A DNA stretch of 64,000 bases from Octopus sinensis. Lineage: Eukaryota. Under the pieces are notes generated by a model. That model saw only the letters and a list, made by a program, of their open reading frames with translations. It made no database searches and was not told where the DNA came from. The stretch lies in contig NC_043000.1 of NCBI RefSeq assembly GCF_006345805.1, positions 22,444,001-22,508,000 on the forward strand, read 5' to 3'. Made by a program: the position numbers and the translations under genes. Positions 11,274 to 22,885 of the stretch are shown here, piece by piece; position 1 is the first letter of the stretch, and the number at the start of each line of letters is the position of its first letter.

Positions 11274-12030
11274 CATATATATATGTGAGATATGTAAGAT
11301 AATAATTTCACTTTTAATAGCTCCAGTATTAATAATGAAACTATTAACCTGAAGGACTCTAAGTAAGGCATGTGTAAAATTTGAATGAAACGGTTTGTTA
11401 GTTCTTGAGTTTTAGTGATGCACACATACTAACTCACAGACAGACAGACAAATACACACACACAAACACACATTCTAGTTTTATATATATATTGTGTGTG
11501 TGTGTGTGTGTGTTTGTTATATAACCACCCATCATGTGACAACTGGTGTTGGTTTGTTTACATCTTTTTAACATAATGGTTTGGCAAAAGAGAACAAAAA
11601 AAAAATAAAATGCCAAACTTAAAGAAACAAAAAGGAAAAGAACATAAGAATTGGAGGCCAATTGTTTAACTAGAACTCTTCGAGGTGGTACCATGGCATG
11701 GCTGCAGTCCAATAACTGAAACAACTAAAAGATAAAAGATGATATTATCACAGTGGTTGAGGCTTTTTATTTTTTTTTGTTATAAACTTGTTCCAGAGAA
11801 AATATTAAGATATACAGAAAATGTTGAATATTTTGGCTCAGGATGTCAGTTTTTTAAAATCAAATTATTATTTCATTTAAACATTGTTTACAAGATTATT
11901 TTCAGGAACATAATAATTCTTGCATGCATTCAAATCTTGTCGCATGTATATATGTGAGTTAGTGTACATATGTGCGTGTATGTGTGTGTGTGTGTGTGTG
12001 TATCTGTGTGCATGCATGCATGTATGGGTA

Positions 12031-12141
<111 letters not shown>

Positions 12142-12979
12142 ATCTGTCTATCTATCTTTTTATCTATCTATCTATCTATCTATCTTTATATATTTATATA
12201 TACATGTGCACAAGCACATACATATGTATATATACATATATAAAATATGCATAAATATATATACATATATACAGATACACATATACACACATTTGTATAT
12301 GTATACGAGTGTATGTGCTTGTGTATGTATGTGTATGTGCTGGTGTGCCTGCATATGTGTGTGTTTGTGTAAAATAATCATTGAGAATTGATTGCATTTG
12401 TTTTCTATATAAAATTTAATGAAATCTTAATTATTTGCACACAGGCAATACTGACAGAGGTAAAGGTAAGGATGTACACACACACACACACACACCTAAA
12501 TGTATATGTCAATTTATGTGTGTGTGTGGTGTGTGTGTGTGTGTGTGTGTTAGGAAATGTAATTCCCTATCAAATAATATTCTGAATTATTGCACTAATG
12601 AGGGAAACAGAAACATAAATAAGAAAATAATAATTGATTGCAAATACAAGTTTTTTTTTCAAACTGAAAGGTGAAAAAACAAACAGTAGTAGTAGTAGTA
12701 GTTAATAAAGAGGAAAATGTAGGAGAAAAATCTAAATAATGATGCACAGTCTTATATAAGCAGGAAAAATAATAACTTTGATTGGATTAAAACAAAATGT
12801 TTTCTTAAATTAATTGTTAATTTCTTTGTATAAGAAATTACAGCAAAAAAAAAAACAAAAAAAAACAGTCAATTGTTTTATAAATAATTGTAGAAGAAAT
12901 TAAAACAAAATGATACAGAGAGGAGTAGTGCATGTGAGGTTGAGGTACTGGAAAACTGGTTTCATAGTTGTAAGTTCAA

Positions 12980-13568
12980 CCCTTTACCATTCAGATTCTG
13001 TCAAATGTGATGCTTATTCATTGCCTCCGCCTTAGTGAAGGCAGAGGTATTATTTTCAGTCGTATTTGTTTGTTTGTTAGTTAGTCTGTGGACAAGATAT
13101 CTCAAGAACCGCTGGATGGATTCAGATAGAACTTTCAGGGATGTTGGGCCTTGTGACTGACATGAACTTATTAGATTTGGGGATCGATCCAGTACCAGAC
13201 AAAGATTCTGGATTATTTTTCCATTTTTTTTACTTAATTTCTGAGAGTAGTCAGGTTCATTTTTAATATTCTCATTTGTGAGAGATGTCGAGTTTATTTC
13301 AGATATTCTCATTTTAAAAATCATCTCTGGCTAATTGTTGAGAGGACATTGGTGTTGCATTGGTGGAGGTTTGCAACATCTGAGTGCTCTTGTTCACATT
13401 GTTTTGAATTAATCATTCATTATCTTATAGCTTGAAGATTTCAATGATGTGATTGTTTATTTTTGTAATGACATAGTAGGGCAGGTGTGAGAGGCCTGAT
13501 CTGGCTGGTTTGAACATAAAGCTGGTAGAATATTTGAGTCAAATATGGCTAGTTGAAATGCTAAAAGG
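12980..13568. mobile_element. piggyBac-type MITE (CCCTTTA..TAAA(A/G)GG termini) hosting a HINE
   Basis: Same family as 51807-52026, 58190-58409 and 48908-49718, which have TTAA flanks. Confidence 0.75.
13020..13392 (+). mobile_element. Helentron-associated non-autonomous element (HINE / DINE-1-like)
   Basis: 5' cctccgcc..ggcagagg palindrome, (TTTG)n, 3' subTIR ggtggagg followed by a gca..gagtgc hairpin, TT target. Second copy at 49090-49455. Confidence 0.7.
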
Positions 13569-15018
13569 TTAAAATCTGATACAGCCATTGAGTTTAAAAT
13601 GTTGCTGCTGTTTAGTCCAAGGTCAATTCAGGTTAAAGATCTATAAGTAAAGGTATTTAAGCCATGATTTTCCTATCTTATGTTCAGACATAGTATATCT
13701 TGGACTACCTTATACAATGTCTTCTTTCTTTTTAAAATTTTAGGTGTAAGCTGAATGGGATTTGGCTGCTATTTCTCATGAGTCAAATGATTGAGAAAGC
13801 TCTGTCATCAGTTGTTAAGTTGTTGGTTAGATACAAGTCAGTCTTGATTAAGCACACCTATGCTCAAAGACATTCCAATCGTGACCATCCTATCTTTTTG
13901 TCAGGCAGTGTATATCCAGAACAACACTTTCCAGTATATCCATTTATCTTTTAAGACAGTTGGGAGGCTCTCCTGGGTTTGGCTTCAAACTACATTTGGT
14001 GGCAGGGTCTAAGGTTGGGAAGCTCCAGATACTGAGAAGAATGAAGTCACCCCTTAACAGACACTACTCTTGGGGCTCATCTGACAGAGCAGCAGCATCT
14101 GTAAGGGTAGAAGAGTGAAGTGCATCACTAAACCACTTTGGCACAACAAAAGATTGTTGGTTGGAGTAGCTAGTAACGAGCTGTGGTTAAACAGTGATTG
14201 CTACCTTGGAGGTAGAATACGGAAGTCCAAAGGGTATGGGATAACCCAAAGAGAAAAAAAAACTGCAGTCTTGCAGATAGGATTATGCACATCAAAGGCT
14301 AAGGGACCAGCTTTAATGGAAGAGAGTTGCTAGGGAGTTGCACACTTAGTAGACTATCAGCACATTGACAAGATGAATTCACAATGTCATAATAACAGGA
14401 TTAGGGTCTTCTTGTCTGTTATTCCTAGTAAAGTTCTCAGACAATTTTGTTTACGTGTAGTGCATATATAAGACCAATCAGTTCAACACAGTCCAACCTT
14501 GTCTCAGATAAACCCATGGCAGGATTTGAATTCATTACTGGATGACAATGAAACACTGGTATTTATATAGTGCTCCTACTGTTGGTGCAGGTGGATTAGC
14601 AGAATTGGTGGAGCATTGGATGAAATGTCTAGTAGTACTTGTCCTGGTTCTTTACATTCTAAGTTCAAATCTTGATGAGGTCAGTTTGCCTTTCCTTCTT
14701 TTGGAATAGATAAAATAAAGCACCAGTCAAATACAAAAGTTAATTTAATTGATTAACACTCAACCTAAAACTTTTGGTTTTGTATCTATCTTAGAAGCAA
14801 TTGTTTTTAGTAGTTTTCACACTCCTGGTCCATCTGCCCACACCTCTACTCATTTTCCAAACCCCACTCACTCATACTCCTAGTTCTTCTGTCCTCACTC
14901 ACTTTTACTCCCCTTGTACCTTGAGGGCAACCTGGATATCTCCTCTGTATTATGTCTTTCAGGGGTGTATATTCCAGGTGTACTAGGTGTGTGCTGCACA
15001 CCCATCAAAAATGGCAAA

Positions 15019-15382
15019 TCTTTATATATATAAAGCTGAAGTTGTCTGTGTATGGCAGGTTTGGTAGCCTTCAACTAACACTATCTCCTCCGAGACCCTG
15101 TGGCACAAGTTGACCAAAATTGAGAGTATGATAGAAGAAGGCTTGCTCTTTCTTCTATGGAAGAAAAAATTCAAATCGGACCATGTTAACACCAAAAATT
15201 ATTTACATCAAAAAGGTGCTTTTTTTCTATGAAAATCCCTATTTTTTACGATTTTTTTACTGCTGTGTTGCCATTTTTTGGTGTATTTCAACCAGCTACA
15301 TAATGCAAAATTTTTACTTTTTCAAAAATTCCAATTCTAAAGGGTCGAAACAAACCTGAGCAACGCTGGGCGATACTGCTAG
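15019..15382 (+). mobile_element. non-autonomous Helitron
   Basis: A|TCTTTATATATATAAAG ... CCTGAGCAACGCTGGG-CGATACTGCTAG|T: canonical TC start, subterminal hairpin, CTAG end and A/T target. Confidence 0.85.
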
Positions 15383-15835
15383 TTCATTATAAATATTAAC
15401 CTTACTCATTAATTTAATCCCAAATCTTAATGGAAAACTTTTGCTATACCCCTGCTTGAAATCTGGTGACATTGGGTGTGGCAGCACACCCAATACAACC
15501 ACCACCATATGCCACTTACCTCTTTCCATTCCCACCTGACTGTCTTCTCCCTCTCTTTTAAATGTGAGTAGTCATGTAGCACCTCCTCAGCAAGAAACCT
15601 GCTCTGCCCACTTCTCTCATATTTTATCCATAGCATCTCCTAGCATAAAGCTCCCAACCAACCTCAGCGTTTGTAGTCATGCAAGCTGCATGGCAACCTC
15701 ACTAGTGTTGATGGCATGAAAAATGCACCTTGTACATGCTGTAAAGGAGTTGGTGTTAGGAAGGGCATCCAGCTGTATAAACCATGCCAAAAGAGACAGC
15801 AGAGCTTGGTGCAATAATCTGATTTGCCCATTTCT

Positions 15836-16060
15836 TATTTCTTTATTGCCCACAAGGGGCTAAACATAGAGGGGACGAACAAGGACAGACAAAGGGATTA
15901 AGTCGATTACATCGACCCCAGTGTATAACTGGTACTTAATTTATGGACCCCGAAAGGATGAAAGGCAAAGTCGACCTCGGCAGAAATTTGAACTCAGAAC
16001 GTAATGGCAGACGAAATACTGCTAAGCATTTTGCCCAGCTTGCTAATGTTTCTTCCAGCT
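15836..16060 (-). mobile_element. SINE family A lacking its first ~10 nt, fused 3' of a 5S rRNA copy
   Basis: Homologous to 5467-5697. Its head joins an A-run (T-run on plus, 16060-16069). Confidence 0.9.
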
Positions 16061-16073
16061 TTTTTTTTTCTAC

Positions 16074-16191
16074 GCTTACAGCACCTAGGTTTCCCAAGCA
16101 GTCACCCATCTAAGTACTAACTAGGCTTGACATTGCTTAACTTGGGTGATCAGATGAGAACTGGTGCTTTCAACGTGATATGGCCGTAAGC
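16074..16191 (-). pseudogene. 5S rRNA-derived retrocopy, full length (118 nt), no poly-T terminator
   Basis: Minus strand GCTTACGGCCATATCACGTTGAAAGCACC..GATCACCCAAGTTAAGCAA..GTTAGTACTTAGATGGGTGACTGCTTGGGAA..GGTGCTGTAAGC. Helix I pairs fully, boxes A and C are recognisable, and there are CpG-decay-type substitutions. Followed by GTAG and ~A10. Confidence 0.92.
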
Positions 16192-16759
16192 CCATTTCTG
16201 CCCATTTCTGTCAAACCATCCAACCTATGCCAGCATGGAAGATGGACATGAAATGATGGTGATGATGATGATGATGATGATGAAACAAAGTATAGTCCAG
16301 TCCTGGGTACATTCTCTCTCTCTCTCTCCTTCCCTCTCTCTCCCTTCTCCTTCCCCTCTCCCTGAATTGTTCCTGTAATTCAAAAGGTCCAGCCTTGTCA
16401 TATTGTGTCCCTGCTGATTCAACTTGAGAATTTCCTTAAATGTACATGCATCTGTGGAATACTCAAACACCGGTTTGTTAATTTCATCAAATAGGAATTC
16501 AGCTGATTGAACAATTGATTATTCATCATTGAGACAACTGACTGAAAGACCCATCACAGACACAGTGGTGCCATTCGGGTGTGTGCCACCTGGAATAGCT
16601 GTTGAGTTTGCTGCCCCTTCTCACTGGACACTCCAGCCTATACAGGCTTATACACCAGACCCCAAAAGTTCTTCCCCCATACAAGTGTTGCCCTGGGTGA
16701 AACCCACCCTAACTCCAGCCATGCTATTGCACACATACATTTGCACATATACAAGTACT

Positions 16760-17335
16760 TTATATAGGGGTGTAACCAGCCCACTTATGCGTGTCTTTCC
16801 TTCATTGGACACTAAACTCCGCTTGCAAAGACCTGTTGAGGCAAGTGAAATCGAAATGGAAATCAAATTCAATGACTGGCATCCGTGCTAGTGGAGTGCT
16901 AAGAGTACCATAAGAGTGAGATCGTTGCCAGAGAAACAAGCTGGCCTCTGTGCCGATAGCACGTTAAAAACACCATTCGAGCGTGATCATTACCTGTGTC
17001 GCCTTACTAGCACTTGTGCTGGTGGCATGTGAAAAAGAACATTCGAGTGAGGTCGTTGCCAATGCTGCTGAACTGGCCCCTGTGCAGGTGGCACATAAAA
17101 AGCACCATTTGAGCATGGCCGTTGCCAGTACCGCCTGACTGGCTCTTATGCCAGTGGCATGTACAAGCACCTACTACACTCTCGGATTGGTTGGTGTTAG
17201 GTAGGGCAACCAGCTGTAGAAACTCTGCCAGATCAGATTGGAGTCTGGTGCAGCCATCTGGTTCGCCAGGCCCCAGTCAAATAGTCCAATCCATGCTAGC
17301 ATGAAAAGCAGAAGTGAAACGATGATGATGACGAT
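16760..17335 (+). mobile_element. long RTE 3'UTR fragment with (GAT)n tail
   Basis: Internal tandem sub-repeats (ggtggca..aaaagcaccatt) and a 3' end shared with the other copies. Confidence 0.75.
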
Positions 17336-17616
17336 AATCTATCAGTAAAGGTATGTGGCCTAATGGTTTGGGTGTTGTGCTCATGATTGCTAGATCACAT
17401 GTTTGATTCCCAGATGGGGAATGCATTGTGCTTTTGAGTGAAACACTCCCTTTTACATTGCTCCCATCCACTCAGCTGGTCAATGAGTAACCCTATGATG
17501 GAATAGTCTTCCAGCTAGGTGGGATGCTGTTGGTCTGCTTACCTAGCTAGTGGGGTGGCACTTGAAGGCTAAAACAATGGGAAATGTATTGTAACCAGTA
17601 ATTTATATCAACATCC

Positions 17617-18030
17617 AGGTGTAGGAGTGGCTGTGTGGTAAGTAGCTTGCCTACGAACCACATGGTTCCGGGTTCAGTCCCACTGCTTGGCATCTTGGGA
17701 AAGTGTCTTCTACTATAGCCTCAGGCCGACCATAGCCTTGTGAGTGGATTTGGTAGACAGAAACTGAAATAAGCCCGTTGTATATATATGTTTGTATATA
17801 TATATATGTATGTGTGTGTATATGTTTGTGTGTCTGTGTTTGTTCCCCCAACATCGCTTGACAACCGATGCTGGTGTGTTTACGTCCCCGTAACTTAGCG
17901 GTTCAGCAAAAGAGACCGATAGAATAAGTTCTAGGCTTACAAAGAATAAGTCCTGGGGGGTCGATTTGCTCGACCAAAGGCGGTGCTCCAGCATGGCCAC
18001 AGTCAAATGACTGAAACAAGTAAAAGAGTA
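17617..18030 (+). mobile_element. full-length SINE family B
   Basis: Head ggtgtaggagtggctgtgtggtaag..ggttcagtccc, tail cagtcaaatgactgaaacaagtaaaagag. Confidence 0.9.
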
Positions 18031-18774
18031 TCCAATAGTCTGGTCCATGCTGTGATATTCCATTAACAGCCTAACCTTTATTATTCATTTATTAAATAGA
18101 GTCACCGAAAATGCTAAACACTACAGTATATAGCTCTGATTTCTAATATGTAAGTATGTCTAAACTGAACATCATTACTTTCAATTCATTTTGTTTTTAA
18201 TTTTTCAGTTCATCTGTTATATTAATTAAATATTTTTCTGCACTATTGATTACTTGTGTTGAGACACAAGTCCAATTATTTAAGAGTTGGGTATATTTAG
18301 TTTTTTTTTTTCCCCCCCACCAAGCTATTTAGAGAACGATAATATAATATTAATATATTGACTCGATACAATGTATATGAATATATAATCAATTGATAAT
18401 TAATGTTTTCTTACTTTCATAGTATCGACATTGATATATGATGCTAATAGTGAATTAAATTTTTTTTGACTGATTTGTTAATATGAAAGCTAGTTCCTGA
18501 ATTAATTAAAATGCCAAGATACTTCACAAAATCCACTGAACTGGAAAACATTTATTAAAAAAGAAAAATGATGTCTACTTTCCTTTATAGCTGCAAGTCT
18601 CATGACTGTTTCTAATTTAAGAACAAAGCCAGCAATTTTTTGAGGAGAGATATTTTGTCTATTACATCGTTCCTGTTACTTGATCAATACTTTGTTATAT
18701 CAACTGCAAAAGAATGAAAGTTCTATCAGGTATACTCATCTTTGAAGTGAAAACACATGACTTGGTGGTTAGGG

Positions 18775-19755
18775 CAGCGTTTCTCAGCTGCAGTTCTCCG
18801 GAACCCTAGGATTCCACAAAAGGTTCCTAGGGGTTCTGTGAGAGAGAGTGAGATAAGCTAACGCTAATTTCATGATTGTAATATTACTATACATGCACAA
18901 CATATTATTGGTTATTGTAATATTGTAATATAGACATCATCCTATCTAACCAATAATGTTATAAAAAAAATATAACAACCATTGGGGATATACTTAGTGA
19001 TGTCTGTAATTTACGGATACCCTATATATATATATACTAGCAGTATCGCCCGGCGTTGCTCAGGTTTGTAAGGGAAATAACTATAAAGCATTTGTAGAGA
19101 GTTATAGCCAAAAAATAGCAAAAAAATGGAAAAAAATGATGGTAATTTTTTTTTGAGATTTAAAAAGGTTGAGTTGCGTCCCTAGACAGTTTGTGGTTCG
19201 TGTTTCTGATTCTCGACCCCATGTCGAATTTATCGATTTTTTCAGAACTGGGGGAACTTTTCAAAATTTTTGCTGCGTTAGTTTTGAATTATGACATTGG
19301 GCTATGTGTGTGTCAAGTTTCATCAGAATCGGTTGAAAGCCGTGGTCAGGGTGAGGGTACAAGCAAACAGACACACAGAAACACGCACAGACAAACTGCC
19401 GTTTATATAGAGAGAGATATATAAGCAATTATGTTATTAACAATTTAAAGTCTATTCTCAGTATATTGGCATAGAAATCTTTTTTTCTTTTGCCCTTGTT
19501 TATAATAGTTTATAATTTTCACCTTTAAAGGTATTTTAATATTCTGCCACTTTGATGAATTTTTTTTTTTGAAAAAATTTCATCCTATATTAGAAGTATA
19601 TATATATATATATATATATATGATATTTACCACATGAATTACAATGAAAAAATACGAGAAAGATATGGTGTATAATTTTTTTTTGTGCAGGGGTTTCTTG
19701 AGACATGTAATTTATTTTAAATATTATGCAAGGGTAAAAAGGTTGAGAAACACTG
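18775..19755. mobile_element. hAT-type MITE with 8-bp TSD GGTTAGGG, inserted in a SINE head
   Basis: TIRs cagcgtttctca / tgagaaacactg; TSD at 18767-18774 and 19756-19763. Confidence 0.85.
19037..19417 (-). mobile_element. non-autonomous Helitron nested in the hAT MITE
   Basis: Minus strand A|TCTCTCTCTATATAAAC ... CCTGAGCAACGCCGGGCGATACTGCTAG|T. Confidence 0.85.
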
Positions 19756-20730
19756 GGTTAGGGCATTTGGCTTACAATTGTAAGGTTATGAGTTCGATTT
19801 TCAGTAGTGCCTTGTGTTCTTGAGCAAGGCACTTTATATCATGTTGCTCCACTCACTGAGTGAACTGAAGCAAAGATGAGTCATGCCTGTAATTCAAAGG
19901 ACCAGCCTTGTCACATTCTGCATCACGCTGAATACTCTTGGGAACAACTTTACTGGTAAGTGTATCTGTGGAATACTCAGCCACTTGCACATTAATTTCA
20001 CGAGCAGGCTATTTTGTTGATCAGATTACCTGGAACCCACGTTACCATAGCCAATGGAGTGCCAGTTTTACTCATCTTTAAATAATCTACTCACTTAATT
20101 CTATCAGCTATATTAATCCCTCCACAAAGTACTCAGTTAATTTACTCAGCTTTACTTGTTTTTTGAGTTATATACAAGGTTAATTCTATCTTCTATTCTA
20201 ATCATCTTTTAAAACTTACAAGCTGATCAAAGAATTCTATGAAGTATATGAAGCCAAATCCAAAACCATTATCTAAAGGTAGGTCTAATATAATTAATGT
20301 AATAGAGTTTTGGTTAGGAAGAAAATCAATGGGTATATGATTGGCTATATATTATGAAGTTAATTAATTTCTTAAAATGGAAGTATTTATTATAAATTTT
20401 CCATTCCATTGATGCCAATGTTATCATACTTTTCAATAGAAAAACATTCAATACAAGTTGCAGGAATCAATAAATCCAAGAAGCTGGATTATGTTCTTCA
20501 GATAGTAAGATGAAGTTCTCCATAAAAACCATTCTTAGAGAAAGAGAAAATTTAGTTCATATTATTAAGCAGAAGAGAGAATTTCATTAGAGTTATAATA
20601 CGATGCTTGCAGTGGACTTTGAATCCTGTTGTCTAATACATTAATTAGCTTGTAAATAGTAGAGTAGAAAAGTCTTCTTAATAAAGAATGTCTGTAGCAC
20701 CAAATTTAATTTCTGATTAAAGGTATTCAT

Positions 20731-21278
20731 TGTGCGAAGGGCCACCCAAAAGAAACTGGAATTTTGGAATATTATTTTGTTTATTTATTTTTACATGTTT
20801 ACACTTTTATCACCATCAAAGTATTTTCCATTTGAAGCCATGCATCAGTCCAGATGCGTTTTCCGCTGTTCGAAGCAGTCCTGGAACTCATAAAGTGATG
20901 CCTTTTAACGTCTCCATTGTTTTGTTCTTCACCTCTTCCACACCTGCAAAACGTTTTTCTTTAAGGACTTTTTTCATTAGGGGGAACAAAAAAAACGTTG
21001 CAGGGAGCAAGATTGGGTGAATGGGGAGGGTGAGTAAGTGGGGTGATGCCACTTTTGGTCAAAAACTGTCTCACACTCAAAGCGGTGTGCGCAAGCGCAT
21101 TGTCATGATGAAACCACCACTCTCCACTTTGCCAGAGGTCGGGGTGTTTTCGTTTCACTGTGTCTTGGAAATGCTTCAGAACTTCCAAGTAAAATGCCTG
21201 GTTAACAGTTTGACTAGGAGGAACAAATACTGTGTGAACAATTCCTTTTGCATTGATGAAGCAAATCAGCATTGTCAT
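20731..21278 (-). mobile_element. mariner transposase relic 1 (C-terminal half plus one TIR)
   Basis: MLICFINAKGIVH..TVNQAFYLEVLKH..KRKHPDLW..WWFHHDNALAH..HPPHSPNLAPC. TIR-like gtgcgaagggccacccaaaagaaactggaat at ~20733. Confidence 0.9.
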
Positions 21279-21603
21279 AAGGAGGAGTTTAAATGGGAAA
21301 CGATGCCCCATCCACCATATTCGCTGGATATTTCCCCATCTGATTATCATTTATTCTGCAGTCTTCAAAATCATTTGGATGGAAAAAAATACGAATTTTG
21401 TGAATGAAGTCAGAACAGTACTGGAAGAGTATTTTTCATCACAGACAAGTGAATTTTGGAAGAAGGGCCTTGCACATTTACCAGACAGATGGAAGAGCAT
21501 TGCAGAAAATGAAGGAGAGTATATTCTAGATTAAAAAAAGAACTTTGTTTATCTTAATTTTGAAAAATAAAAGAACCTCATTATTTATGGTATGACCCAG
21601 TAT
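21279..21603 (+). mobile_element. mariner transposase relic 2 (different subfamily, C-terminus plus TIR)
   Basis: WETMPHPPYSLDISPSDYHLFCSLQNHL, then frameshift, ..FWKKGLAHLPDRWKSIAENEGEYILD*. TIR-like attatttatggtatgacccagtata. Confidence 0.9.
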
Positions 21604-22264
21604 ATGGGTTGATGGAAAGCAAAACCTTTGGAGGAATATCAGAGTTGATAAAGTATAGGTCAGAGAGAGGTTCTATACCACAATGGTGCAGAGCAATCGT
21701 AAAGGAAATAACCAAAAGATGCGAAAGAACTGGAATACATTGACAGGCAGCTTTGACAAAGGATTTGCGTGCCAGACATGATTGAATGCATTGTGATTTC
21801 AAATTCAAGAAAACTGTTTGCACTAAATTTCTTGAAAGTAAGAGCCAATTGGTGAGTGGAAACAGAAGAGAGTTCTCCGGTAGATCTGACTTTATAAAAT
21901 CTACTTGGGGTCATTAGCAATGTAGAAAAGGATTGAGATGCTGGAGAAGGTTGTGCTATTAATGGCTATATTGATCATGGAGTTAATGGCTTGCCCTGGT
22001 ATTCTAGTCATGACAAGCCCATTTTTTTTATATCTATGTCTCCACTAATCCAATGTGTTGTTCTGCTTTTTAAAGAGAGTAAGGTGTAATTTGAAGGACA
22101 TTTGACTGCTATTTCTAACAAGTCAAAGTTGTCACATAATGCTCCCTTATTGGTTTGAGATATTTTTGTTAACACTGAAGGTAGAAATTCCCCAAACTTA
22201 ATATTATTCTTTAGAGATGTACTTGCCAGGTAAGCGATTTTTTTCTGAGGTCAGGTGTTGAAAC

Positions 22265-22631
22265 TGTAGCGGCACAAGCAGCCAGGGGCATATTGGATGA
22301 GATCTTGCGACAGCCATTGCCATCTCCGAGACTGGAGCGAGAACTCACCTGCATCCATTTGCCATGCGCATGATCACAACGAGGCTCGCGATGGAGAAAA
22401 CTATATAAATGGGAAACTGATTCAGACCAGCCTCTTTTGGCACCATTGGCTGAACATCAACACAGGCAGCGCTTTCTGCCTGTCTATCTCCAGAGGCAAT
22501 GTGCCCACACTATTCGGAGCTTAAGATGGTAACTGTGAGCAGCACACTTCACCTTTCCTGTAAATAAACCAGTTGTATTAGCAGTTGTACTTGAAGTCTT
22601 ATCTCTTCACCTGCCGAAAGCCTGAACTACA
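22265..22631 (+). mobile_element. probable solo LTR (367 bp)
   Basis: TGTAG...CTACA inverted termini, internal TATATAAA and AATAAA, GC-richer than the flanks. Flanks gaaac / taaag do not form a clean TSD. Confidence 0.55.
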
Positions 22632-22885
22632 TAAAGAACAAGAAAAAGATGATGGAAAAAGATAATATTCCTCCGATATCATAAACCTTGCCTTCCATTT
22701 CTAAAAAACTAAAGCAATTACAGTATAATAGACAGATATTAGCCATTCAATGACACACAAAGATTGTTAACTCCACCTAAACATTTATTATTTGGTGCCA
22801 AAATTTCTGTTGAACCAACTGTTATCTTGTCACTGACATGGGTTTCCCTGCAACTGGTTTAAGGTGAGGTTGGTTAGCTTATCAA

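Noticed and set aside
13770-13815. CTGATGA...GAAA on the minus strand
   Set aside because: No paired stem II and no NUH with stem I; chance match.
20961-21534. 129-, 128- and 93-aa ORFs as host genes (for example SETMAR-like)
   Set aside because: Frameshifted, truncated mariner relics with TIRs; no SET domain or splice context.
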